Positions 49,623 through 58,650 of a stretch of DNA of 64,000 nucleotides are shown here, piece after piece. The stretch's first letter is position 1. Each line of letters opens with the position of its first letter. Below the pieces are notes generated by a model. The model worked only from the letters and a program-made list of their open reading frames with translations. It ran no database searches and was not told the origin of the DNA. Origin of the DNA: a bacterium (GTDB lineage Bacteria > Patescibacteriota > Saccharimonadia > Saccharimonadales > UBA4665); assembly GCA_021777375.1 (NCBI GenBank), contig JAJYDV010000001.1, positions 11,347 to 75,346 of the forward strand, in the 5' to 3' direction. The position numbers were made by a program, and so were the translations under genes.

Positions 49623-50006
49623 ATGGCTACAATAGATTACTTCGAACGCCGGCTCGACGACAAGAAACGGTTAACCATACCGTCCGAATTGCGTGCCGAG
49701 TTTAAGAGTGGGGTAGTAGTCACCCGCGGTTTTAAAAAGTACCTACACCTCTATTCAAAAGCGGTTTGGGATGAACTGGTGGAGCCAGCTCTCAAAGGAG
49801 ATATTCTCGACGAGAAGACTGCTGACATCAATGTTCAGTTTAGAACCGGCAAGATTGAGGGACCATTAGATGCTAAACAAGGGAGAATTCTCTTGGATCA
49901 GCAACTTTTGGATTATGCAGGTATCAGCAAAGACCTGATTGCTGTACGGGCCGGGCAATACTGGCGGCTTAGTCAAAAGCCCCGCGGGCTAAGGCCAAGG
50001 TCTTAA
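49623..50006 (+). CDS. mraZ: Transcriptional regulator MraZ
   Basis: Two SpoVT/AbrB-like halves with LDDKKRLTIPSELR and LDAKQGRILLDQQLL motifs. Start moved to ATG 49623, because the TTG-extended ORF covers the operator and promoter. Confidence 0.85.
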   Translation: MATIDYFERRLDDKKRLTIPSELRAEFKSGVVVTRGFKKYLHLYSKAVWDELVEPALKGDILDEKTADINVQFRTGKIEGPLDAKQGRILLDQQLLDYAGISKDLIAVRAGQYWRLSQKPRGLRPRS

Positions 50007-50330
50007 GATAAAACAACCCTGAAGCTCTTTAACAATCTAAAAGTAAAACACATGAATACTAGCCTCGAGGTTAGCTATTCGGCAGTCAACAAGTGGACTT
50101 AGTAGACCCCACTTTAAAAAGTCTTAGTTCTTTTCTTTAAAACACCTCCCAAAACTCCACCTCACACAAAGTCTCTCAAATCTTTCGTGGCAAGCAGTAA
50201 GAAGTCCTAGTTTTTGAAACTTTGCTCTTCTTACATACACGCTCTCCATGAACCACAAAAACAAAAATCTTAAAATAAAAAGTTGGCTGCTGAATAGGTG
50301 ACCTTGTACAAAAATAAAAACAAGAAAAAG

Positions 50331-51224
50331 ATGCACCAAAATCCTCACAAAAATAAAAGTCATACGCCGGTTTTGCAGGCGGAAGTCATCGATAATATAA
50401 AGCCCCAAAAAGGCGAACGTTACCTTGACGCCACAGCTGGATTCGGCGGACATGCAAGTTCGGTCCTTAGCCTGACCGAGAACTACGCTCAGTCGGTATT
50501 AATCGACCGCGACGAAGTAGCAATTAGACATTTAAGTAAGATGTTTAAAGGCAGCGGCGTAAGCTTGCTGCACCAAGATTACTTAAGTGCAGCTCAAGAA
50601 CTACTTCTGAAAAAACAAGCATTTGACATTATATTTGCGGATTTGGGGGTGTCGTCACCGCACCTTAACGAGGTTAGTAGAGGTTTTAGCTTTGCTAAGA
50701 CTGCGCCGCTCGATATGCGAATGGATCAACGTCAGGAAAAAACTGCCGGGGATATCGTGAACCATACGAGCGAAGAACAATTAGCAGATATTTTACGGCG
50801 CTACGGCGAAGAGCCGCGACACCGACAGATTGCTAGGCTAATTGTTAAAAACCGCCCAATTAATTCGACAACTGAATTGGCTGGGCTGGTTCGCCAAGCA
50901 TGGGGCGGGCATAGTCGGGTAAACCCGGCAACACGTACGTTCATGGCAATTAGAATCGCCGTTAACGACGAGCTCGCCCAACTTAGCCAAGCTTTGCCAA
51001 TCTGGTTAAAACTTCTTGCGCCTGGTGGTCGTATAGCGGCCATTAGCTTCCATAGTTTGGAAGACAGGATTGTAAAGCAGTTTTTTGCCGGGGAGTCAGG
51101 CAACCGCTATGATGCCGCCCTGACCCTACTAACTAAACATCCGGTAGCACCGGAACCTCACGAAATAGCCAATAATCCGCGATCTAGAAGTGCTAAACTT
51201 CGAGTCGCAGTGAAACAAAAATGA
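50331..51224 (+). CDS. rsmH: 16S rRNA (cytosine1402-N4)-methyltransferase RsmH
   Basis: HTPVLQAEV..YLDATAGFGGHAS and DLGVSSPHL motifs. ATG 50331 is preferred over GTG 50298 by N-terminal length. Confidence 0.9.
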   Translation: MHQNPHKNKSHTPVLQAEVIDNIKPQKGERYLDATAGFGGHASSVLSLTENYAQSVLIDRDEVAIRHLSKMFKGSGVSLLHQDYLSAAQELLLKKQAFDIIFADLGVSSPHLNEVSRGFSFAKTAPLDMRMDQRQEKTAGDIVNHTSEEQLADILRRYGEEPRHRQIARLIVKNRPINSTTELAGLVRQAWGGHSRVNPATRTFMAIRIAVNDELAQLSQALPIWLKLLAPGGRIAAISFHSLEDRIVKQFFAGESGNRYDAALTLLTKHPVAPEPHEIANNPRSRSAKLRVAVKQK

Positions 51225-51308
51225 AAGGGACTGCGAATGCCAATTCAGGTAAAAAGCAACTCCCGGGCATATAGAATCCACGTTCGCGTGCTCTAAATGC
51301 CTAAAAAA

Positions 51309-51336
51309 CCAGCCTTATCTGTAAAGATAGGGCTGG
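51309..51336. other. 12-bp hairpin with GTAA (GNRA) loop between rsmH and ftsL
   Basis: CCAGCCTTATCT-GTAA-AGATAGGGCTGG (one G-T pair), preceded by AAAAAA. On the minus strand this reads as stem plus TTTTTT. Confidence 0.5.
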
Positions 51337-51351
51337 TCAAAGGAAAAAATA

Positions 51352-51699
51352 ATGACATATTCAAGTTCACTTGCACTTAGCCGATCCCAGTTTGCTGGAC
51401 GTAACCGAAACTCAGTCGGTATTAAGACCCGCGCAAAAACATTCGGGCCGATAAGCAACACGATCATTTTAATTGTGTTGGCCTGTCTACTAGGTTTGTT
51501 TTATCTCTCTCAGGTTACGAAAACTAATGCTTATGGTTTTAATCTAAACGCTCTTCAACAACAACAGGCGCAACTAAAAAATGAAAATGCGAATTTAGCA
51601 GTATATTCGGCGCAACTGCAGTCTGTTAGTCGAGCTCAGAATAGTGTGGTCGCTAAAAATATGGTTCCTCTAACTCCTTCAGCTACCGCCACAAATTAG
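51352..51699 (+). CDS. ftsL: FtsL-like cell division protein
   Basis: Single TM followed by the Q/N-rich coiled coil LNALQQQQAQLKNENANL. Positioned between rsmH and ftsI. Confidence 0.6.
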   Translation: MTYSSSLALSRSQFAGRNRNSVGIKTRAKTFGPISNTIILIVLACLLGLFYLSQVTKTNAYGFNLNALQQQQAQLKNENANLAVYSAQLQSVSRAQNSVVAKNMVPLTPSATATN

Positions 51700-51716
51700 T
51701 TATACTAGGAGTGCTA

Positions 51717-53501
51717 ATGCCTGAGACGCTCGGCTCCAAACTAAATACTGGTCCAGGCAGGATAAGAATCTGGTCTGTCCTGCTATTGGCTGTTTTGGCG
51801 CTATTTGTTTTACGCTTGTTCTATCTTCAAGTTATTCGTTATGCGCACTACAAACAAGCTGCGTTAAGCGACCAGTTAAAACAGTACCAAATCCCAGCAA
51901 CCAGGGGAATTATAGAGGCCGAAGATGGCAATAGTGATGTTCCGATTGTACTTAATCAGGAGCTTTATACTTTATTCGCTGACCCGCTATTTATTAAAAA
52001 TCCGAACCAGGTTGCTAGCCAGATAAGTCAAATTATTGGTGGTAGTGCAAGTAGCTATGTGCCTGAACTTTCAGCAAAGAATACTCAGTACGTAGTGATC
52101 GCTAATAAACTGACCCAAAGCCAAAATGCTAAAATTACAAATTTACAAGATCCGGGATTAGGCACCAAGGGACAAGATTACAGAGTATATCCGGACGGTT
52201 CTCTAGCTTCCCAAGTACTCGGCTTTGTTAATAATAATGGCGTAGGAGAATATGGAATTGAGCAGGCGCTCAACCCGGTTCTGGCGGGTAAGCCCGGACT
52301 GCTTAAAGCTATCACGGATGTAAACGGCGTCCCTTTAGCTGCCAGTAAAGATAATACGCAGATTCCCCCGACTCCTGGACAGAATCTTGTACTGACCCTT
52401 AATTTAGGCATTCAGCAGCAACTTGAGACTATTCTTGCCAATGAGTATAAAGCTACTAAAAGCCAAGAGCTAAGCGCGATTGTGATGGACCCATATAACG
52501 GCCATATTAAGGCAATGGCTAATTATCCAACATATAATCCAGCGAACTATGCCCAAGTTCCCAATCAAAGCCTATTTCAGAATGCAGCTGTCGATTATCC
52601 TATTGAGCCAGGATCGGTTATGAAAACATTAACTACCTCTGCAGCCCTAAACGTTGGAGCGATTACTCCGAACGAATCATTCTTTGATCCTTCGCAATGG
52701 GTTATTAACGGTTTTACAATCCATGACATTAAGCAAGACGGTGGTGCTCGAGAGCAAAATATCCAAAGTATCTTAGCTCTTTCCTTAAATACCGGAGCTA
52801 CTTGGATGTTAATGCAAATGAGTCAACCGGGAGGAACGCAAATTACGGCCAAGGGGATTGTAACCTGGCATAATTACATGGTTAGTCACTTTTTACTAGG
52901 TCAACCCACTGGAATTGAGCAGGGCTATGAGGCGACAGGCTATGTTCCGCCAGCTAACCTAGGTGACCCGAGTATTAACCTACGCTATGCGAACACTTCG
53001 TTTGGTCAGGGAGTAAGTGTTACCGCCATACAATTGTTAACCGCTCTATCATCAGTTTTAAATGGCGGAACCTATTACCAGCCAACTTTAATAGATAAGA
53101 CGATTTATCCAAATGGCCAAGTGAGTATAAATAAGCCCAAGGTGCTGGAGCGCAATGTTGTTAGTCCACAAGTCGGCCAAGAACTTATACCGCTAATGGA
53201 AGGAGTAGTAAAGGCATATTTAAACGGCGGCTTCTCGTTTATGAACTTTCCATCCAACTATATTGTAGGAGGGAAGACGGGTACGGCTCAGGTTGCCAAT
53301 CCTAGCGGCGGCTACTACAACAACATATTTAATGGAACATATATCGGTTTCGTTGGCGGGAATAGGCCTCAATACGCAGTTATTGTTTATAACATTAAGC
53401 CAAATGTGCCTGGATATGCCGGATCATATGGTGCTCAACCGGTATTCGCGGATATAGTCCACATGCTAATAAATGAGGGATATGTCGATCCAAAGAGTTA
53501 G
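51717..53501 (+). CDS. ftsI: Class B penicillin-binding protein (FtsI/PBP2-type transpeptidase)
   Basis: SVMK (SxxK), SLN (SxN) and KTGT motifs. SD AGGAG lies 5 nt before ATG 51717. Confidence 0.9.
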   Translation: MPETLGSKLNTGPGRIRIWSVLLLAVLALFVLRLFYLQVIRYAHYKQAALSDQLKQYQIPATRGIIEAEDGNSDVPIVLNQELYTLFADPLFIKNPNQVASQISQIIGGSASSYVPELSAKNTQYVVIANKLTQSQNAKITNLQDPGLGTKGQDYRVYPDGSLASQVLGFVNNNGVGEYGIEQALNPVLAGKPGLLKAITDVNGVPLAASKDNTQIPPTPGQNLVLTLNLGIQQQLETILANEYKATKSQELSAIVMDPYNGHIKAMANYPTYNPANYAQVPNQSLFQNAAVDYPIEPGSVMKTLTTSAALNVGAITPNESFFDPSQWVINGFTIHDIKQDGGAREQNIQSILALSLNTGATWMLMQMSQPGGTQITAKGIVTWHNYMVSHFLLGQPTGIEQGYEATGYVPPANLGDPSINLRYANTSFGQGVSVTAIQLLTALSSVLNGGTYYQPTLIDKTIYPNGQVSINKPKVLERNVVSPQVGQELIPLMEGVVKAYLNGGFSFMNFPSNYIVGGKTGTAQVANPSGGYYNNIFNGTYIGFVGGNRPQYAVIVYNIKPNVPGYAGSYGAQPVFADIVHMLINEGYVDPKS

Positions 53502-53555
53502 GCGACTATTATTAGAACATAGGCTAGGATATACTTACATTAAACTAAACTAAAA

Positions 53556-54584
53556 ATGATACATCTAACACTTCAATCTCACACCACTGTACGAATCTTG
53601 ATGATTGGTATTCTAGGTTTTGTGGTGGCTACGGCTATTACGCCAGTCTATACAACCTTGGCATACAAATATCATTGGTGGAAGAAGCAGCGTACTGATG
53701 CGTGGAGCGGTGGAGAGGCCACTGTTTACAACAAGCTTCATGCCGAGAAACATAAAAGACATATCCCCAATATGGCAGGTATAATATTTGTTACCTCTAT
53801 TGCTTTAATAACCCTATTTTTAAATCTCAAGCGTGATCAAACATGGTTACCTCTAGCCGGTATGGTAGCTGCTGGGGCAATTGGTTTGATAGACGACATC
53901 ATGAATATTAGAGGCTCAAATCGTGGCATTGCAGGCATGCGCGCCAAGGTTAAATTTTTGCTCTATAGTGCAGTTGGATTAATCGGTGGTGTCTGGTTTT
54001 ATGAAAAGCTTGGAGTGCATTCAATATTTCTTCCTGGAATTCACGAGTGGAATATTGGTATTGGTATCATAATTCTGTTTTGGTTTGTGGTTGTAGCAAC
54101 TGCCAATTCAGTCAATATTACCGACGGTTTGGATGGTTTGGCTGGTGGGCTTTTAACTTCGTCATTCATGGCCTATACCTTTATTTGTGCTGTTCAGGGA
54201 AAATATGCGCTGGCCGCTTTCTGTCTTACAGTAGTCGGAGCGTTGCTTAGCTACACTTGGTTTAATATTTTTCCGGCACGTTTTTTCATGGGTGATGTTG
54301 GCTCTTTTGCACTGGGTACAGCTTTAGGGATTATTGCTATGCAGACAGATACGGTCTACATATTACCAATCATAGGGGCAGTGTATGTTATGGAAACCGG
54401 TTCGGTCATCATTAACCGACTCTCTAAAAAGCTGCGTCACGGTAAAAAGGTATTTCTTTCCTCGCCGATTCATCATCATTTTGAAGCTGTTGGTTGGCCG
54501 GAGACCAAAGTTACGATGCGCTTTTGGATCTTAGGTCAAATGGCGGCCGTATTGGGCTTGGTCGTATTCCTGATTGGAAGGTAA
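53556..54584 (+). CDS. mraY: Phospho-N-acetylmuramoyl-pentapeptide transferase
   Basis: NSVNITDGLDGLAGG and HHHFE motifs. 10-TM profile. Confidence 0.93.
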   Translation: MIHLTLQSHTTVRILMIGILGFVVATAITPVYTTLAYKYHWWKKQRTDAWSGGEATVYNKLHAEKHKRHIPNMAGIIFVTSIALITLFLNLKRDQTWLPLAGMVAAGAIGLIDDIMNIRGSNRGIAGMRAKVKFLLYSAVGLIGGVWFYEKLGVHSIFLPGIHEWNIGIGIIILFWFVVVATANSVNITDGLDGLAGGLLTSSFMAYTFICAVQGKYALAAFCLTVVGALLSYTWFNIFPARFFMGDVGSFALGTALGIIAMQTDTVYILPIIGAVYVMETGSVIINRLSKKLRHGKKVFLSSPIHHHFEAVGWPETKVTMRFWILGQMAAVLGLVVFLIGR

Positions 54585-54587
54585 AAA

Positions 54588-55874
54588 GTGTTTAATGTAA
54601 GCAGAAGTAGTGTTCGAAGCAGATCTAGATTAAACGTATCAACTTCCGGACAAAGTAATGGACAAAGAAGACATAAGCCCGATCATTGGATTCTAATTAA
54701 CACACTGCTGTTATTAGTAATTGGCCTGGTTTTGATTTACTCAATTAGCTCAGCATTGGCTGATACTTCCGGCACTTCCGCTAATTACTTTATATTTAAA
54801 CAATTACTGGCTGTCGGCTTAGCTTTAGTGGCCTTTTTTATAACTGCCAAGGTTCCACTTTCTAGATGGAGAAAACACTATAAACTGTTGATGGGAGTGG
54901 CCATTCTTGCAACCCTAGTAGCTATTGCCTTGCCAGTAAACCCCAGCTATCCAGCCCATCGCTGGGTTCGTTTTGCTGGTCTTTCTTTCGAGTCTGTAGA
55001 AATGCTAATATTTGCAATCCTAATTTGGTTTGCGCATTTTCTTGCGAACCGTATTAAAACCAACACGGTTAGAAGTTTTTCGCAAACGGTCCGACCGATT
55101 CTAGCAGCACTTCTTGTCATTGGCGGCATAGTTGCAATTATCCAGAGCGATCTTGGTTCCACGGGAGTTATTATTGCCATGATGGGTATTATGATTTTTG
55201 TGGCTGGCATGCCCATGAAACGTATTGCTATCTTTGCCGCACTCGTGGCCGGATTGGGTATAGTGGCAATTCTGGCTTTTCCGTATCGAATGGCCAGACT
55301 TGAAACATTTCTTCACCCTTCGGCCAATTGTCAATCTACAGGATACCAGGCTTGCCAGGCCCTAATTGCTGTCGGTAGTGGTGGAGTTTCTGGCTTGGGC
55401 CTGGGTAGTGATGTACAAGCTTATGGCTATCTGCCTGAAGCAGATAATGATTCAATCTTCGCAATTTATGCCGAAAAGTTTGGTTTTATTGGTTCAGTAT
55501 TGCTTCTAGTGGTATTCGCGAGTTTATTCTGGCGCATAGCTAAAGTTGCCGAGGGGGCTCCTGATGATTTTAGCCGACTTATTGTGGTAGGGGTGTTAAC
55601 CTGGATAAGTACCGAAACTTTAATTAATATTGGAGCTATGATTGGGTTGTTGCCACTTAAAGGGATTACACTGCCTTTTATCAGTTACGGTGGAACGTCA
55701 GTAGTTTTTTTTGCAGCCGCTATTGGTCTGGTATACCAAGTTTCACGATACACATCACATGTATCGTCGCGCAGCATAGAACATCTTAACAGAAGGGCAG
55801 GCATAAATGACTATAGTAGTCACCGGCGCCGGATCGGGGGGACATATAACCCCAATCTTAGCGGTCGCAGCTGA
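54588..55874 (+). CDS. ftsW: SEDS-family peptidoglycan polymerase FtsW/RodA
   Basis: Polytopic, with PEADNDSIFA and LPLKGITLPFISYGGTS motifs. GTG start. Confidence 0.9.
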   Translation: MFNVSRSSVRSRSRLNVSTSGQSNGQRRHKPDHWILINTLLLLVIGLVLIYSISSALADTSGTSANYFIFKQLLAVGLALVAFFITAKVPLSRWRKHYKLLMGVAILATLVAIALPVNPSYPAHRWVRFAGLSFESVEMLIFAILIWFAHFLANRIKTNTVRSFSQTVRPILAALLVIGGIVAIIQSDLGSTGVIIAMMGIMIFVAGMPMKRIAIFAALVAGLGIVAILAFPYRMARLETFLHPSANCQSTGYQACQALIAVGSGGVSGLGLGSDVQAYGYLPEADNDSIFAIYAEKFGFIGSVLLLVVFASLFWRIAKVAEGAPDDFSRLIVVGVLTWISTETLINIGAMIGLLPLKGITLPFISYGGTSVVFFAAAIGLVYQVSRYTSHVSSRSIEHLNRRAGINDYSSHRRRIGGTYNPNLSGRS

Positions 55875-56985
55875 ACTTAAGCGTCTAAATCCGCGGGTAA
55901 GGATAGTTTTTATTGGGCAAAAAGGCGGTAAGCTCTCTGATATTGTAGAGAACAGCCCGTATATTGATGAATGCTATTATATTGCCGCCGGAAAGTTTAG
56001 ACGATATAGCGGTAGAGGGCTGACCCAACTTCTCGATCTGCGTACCCAATCTTCAAACTTACGAGATTTAACACGAACAGTTAGTGGTTTATTCCAGAGC
56101 TGGAAATTACTGGGTAAAGTTAAGCCAGACATAGTATTGACGCGCGGTGGCTATATTAGCGTTCCAGTGGCAATTGCAGCGTGGTTTAGACGCATCGTAT
56201 ATATTACGCATGACTCAGATAGTACGCCTAGTCTTGCGAACCGAATAATTGCCCCGATGGCACTAATGCACGCCGTTGCATTAGATCCTTCAATCTATCC
56301 ATACCCACAGCAAAAAACTGTTAAAGTAGGCGTTCCAATCAGCAGCAATTATTTTCCTATGAGCGAAAAAGATATGCAGTCTTTTAGGTCTAAAGTTGGC
56401 CTCGCGGATTACTCAAAAGTAATATGCATCACCGGAGGTGGAAACGGAGCCGACAAATTAAATCAAATTGCCGTCGCGAATGTGCCTTTTCTTCTTAAAA
56501 AATATTCCGATCTAGCTATTATCCATATTGCCGGGAGGGCATTTTTGGATAACATTAACTCAATTTATAATAAAAAAGTAGCGCCCAGTGATCGCAAAAG
56601 AGTAATCGTCAAAGGTTTTGTTGATGATCTCTATCTGTATACTGGAGCGGCAGACGTAATCATTGCTCGGGGCGGGGCCACAAATCTAGCTGAATTTGCA
56701 GCTCAGGGGAAGGCCTGCATAATTATCCCATCAGCACAGCTAATCTGGAACGTCAAAAATGCACATGAGTTAGCGAAAGATCATGCGGTAATTAATCTAA
56801 GCGAGGCACAAGCAGAGCAGGAGCTTAGGCTTGCACATACTATTCTTGAATTACTGGATAATAAAAAGAGCAGGGAAGACTTGAAGAAAAAAATTGTTCA
56901 ATACTATGTACCTGACTCTGCGAGTAAGATAGCCGCGCTTGTAATTAACTTTGCTGATTCTAAAGAGACGAAAAACCTTAAATGA
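55807..56985 (+). CDS. murG: UDP-GlcNAc:lipid I GlcNAc transferase MurG
   Basis: TGAGSGGHITP N-terminal motif and C-terminal ARGGATNLAE. Overlaps the ftsW 3' end by 68 nt. Confidence 0.88.
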   Translation: MTIVVTGAGSGGHITPILAVAAELKRLNPRVRIVFIGQKGGKLSDIVENSPYIDECYYIAAGKFRRYSGRGLTQLLDLRTQSSNLRDLTRTVSGLFQSWKLLGKVKPDIVLTRGGYISVPVAIAAWFRRIVYITHDSDSTPSLANRIIAPMALMHAVALDPSIYPYPQQKTVKVGVPISSNYFPMSEKDMQSFRSKVGLADYSKVICITGGGNGADKLNQIAVANVPFLLKKYSDLAIIHIAGRAFLDNINSIYNKKVAPSDRKRVIVKGFVDDLYLYTGAADVIIARGGATNLAEFAAQGKACIIIPSAQLIWNVKNAHELAKDHAVINLSEAQAEQELRLAHTILELLDNKKSREDLKKKIVQYYVPDSASKIAALVINFADSKETKNLK

Positions 56986-57929
56986 GTTTGTTTAATAAAA
57001 GAAGCCAAGAAAAGTCTAGGCAAAACCGGCAACGTCAGTTCGGTCAACTAGGTGCAAGGGGGCTTTCGAAATTATCATATTCGGAGTCTAATCGTTTAAC
57101 CAGGACCGATGTTAGCGACCAGGGAAGAGGTAGAAACTACCTACATCAGATTGAAACTATTAATGAGAACGACGTTAGTCAATTTCGACGCTGGACAGTG
57201 CTATCAGGATTAGTAATAGTTTTTTTGGCGATAATGGCTAGTCAAAGTATTGCCAGTCGAGCCATTGTTATCATTGTTCAGCCGCCAGGCTTTAACTATT
57301 TGCCGCATAGTATAATTCAGTATCAAAAAAGTACCGCTGCGGCTATTGATTCCTCAATTTTTAACAGATTTAAGCCAACTATTAGTTCGGCAGATATTGC
57401 TTCTGCATTAATTCAGAAATACCCTGAGATTGCCTATGCAGCCGTCACTGTCCCTCTATTTGGCTTTACACCGACGGTTCATATACAACTAGCCAAGCCA
57501 GCCTTAATCTATACGGGAGGAAACGGAAGGAGCTATCTAGTTAACAATAACGGGATCATTATTACAGATTCTAAATCCGTGCAGCCTGCTGAGCTAAAAG
57601 GCTTGCCACAAATTAATTCTACGAGCTCCGTTTTGCTTAAAAATATGCAGGTTTTAGCCCCTCAAAGTGTAATTTTTATTGAAACAGTGGCGCAAGCTTT
57701 TTCCGCTGAAAAGATTCAGATAAGTAAGATGGACTTGGTACCAATGGCTGAAGAGCTTGATGTATATCCTGCCGGGGTACCATATTATGTCAAGTTCAAT
57801 TTACATCAGACCGATGCACTGTCACAGGTGGGCACTTATTTGGCTGCGGTGGCAACCCTGAAACAGCAAAACATAATCCCTAGCCAATATATAGACGTTA
57901 GGCTAGACGGAAGGGCATACTATAAGTAG
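56982..57929 (+). CDS. ftsQ: FtsQ/DivIB-like cell division protein
   Basis: Basic cytoplasmic N-terminus, single TM, and a POTRA-like extracytoplasmic domain. Position after murG. Confidence 0.6.
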   Translation: MSLFNKRSQEKSRQNRQRQFGQLGARGLSKLSYSESNRLTRTDVSDQGRGRNYLHQIETINENDVSQFRRWTVLSGLVIVFLAIMASQSIASRAIVIIVQPPGFNYLPHSIIQYQKSTAAAIDSSIFNRFKPTISSADIASALIQKYPEIAYAAVTVPLFGFTPTVHIQLAKPALIYTGGNGRSYLVNNNGIIITDSKSVQPAELKGLPQINSTSSVLLKNMQVLAPQSVIFIETVAQAFSAEKIQISKMDLVPMAEELDVYPAGVPYYVKFNLHQTDALSQVGTYLAAVATLKQQNIIPSQYIDVRLDGRAYYK

Positions 57930-58197
57930 TGCTAAGTTATAAAAGGCATAGCATTTAGATCGATACTAGAAAATAAACCCGATAAGACAATGATAAAGGT
58001 TAGTTAAATACTTCCCCCATCGCACTGCCCTAGTAGTTCGCAAAATGTTCAGTTATTAGTAATCAGCAAAATACTTAGAAAAAATATATAAGAACAATAA
58101 TAGGGCAAAGTCAAATATTTTACTAATAAAGGGAAAGGAAAGGGGATAAAAATTTTATATATGCTAGTGTTTAAAATAACTAAATTTATACATGACC

Positions 58198-58206
58198 TGT
58201 GGATAA
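58198..58206 (-). promoter_or_regulatory. Perfect DnaA-box 9-mer (TGTGGATAA) within 12-mer CTGTGGATAACT
   Basis: Exact consensus. The 12-mer is identical to the one at 6389-6400. Confidence 0.35.
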
Positions 58207-58650
58207 CTATATATAGAAATATAAACTCAATAAAGTCAAAATGTGCTAGCGGGGGTAAATTAGATCTTCTAGATTTTCGAGTCTAGCTATAGATATAGAA
58301 AGATTAATTATGCACTGAATAACACAAAACAAATAACAAAAACCTGATTACATGCCAAGGTCGACATACTACTCACCTGCAGGAGGGGTGTAACTATCAG
58401 ACTGTATTAAAATATTAAGAGTCGCAAAAGATATATTGTGCGACATAACAGCGCGGTTTTGTATTTAGATCATTAGCCATCCCTTCACTACCAGACACAC
58501 TCAATATTGCTTGCCTTCGTTTTTGTATTTAATGGTATTAGCTTATTATTCCCCGCCGCATTTGCTTAGTTATATAATTGGTATTTAATTCCCCAGGCGC
58601 TAACGTATTGTATTGTTCGTAAATTGTTTAGTTTCAGTTTAGCTTAATTT

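Noticed and set aside
58162-58287. 41-aa ORF (MLVFKITKFIHDLWITIYRN...) spanning the DnaA box.
   Set aside because: The SD spacing is poor (about 14 nt), the composition is just what AT-rich DNA would give, and there is no recognisable family.
57930-58650. tRNA, tmRNA, RNase P RNA or SRP RNA hidden in the large spacers (also 6374-6880, 26569-27014, 49203-49622).
   Set aside because: I found no T-arm GGTTCGAATCC-like box, no GAGGAAAGTCC P4 box, no GGAAGGAAGCAGC SRP motif and no tRNA-like CCA-end structure. A covariance search is still needed for certainty.
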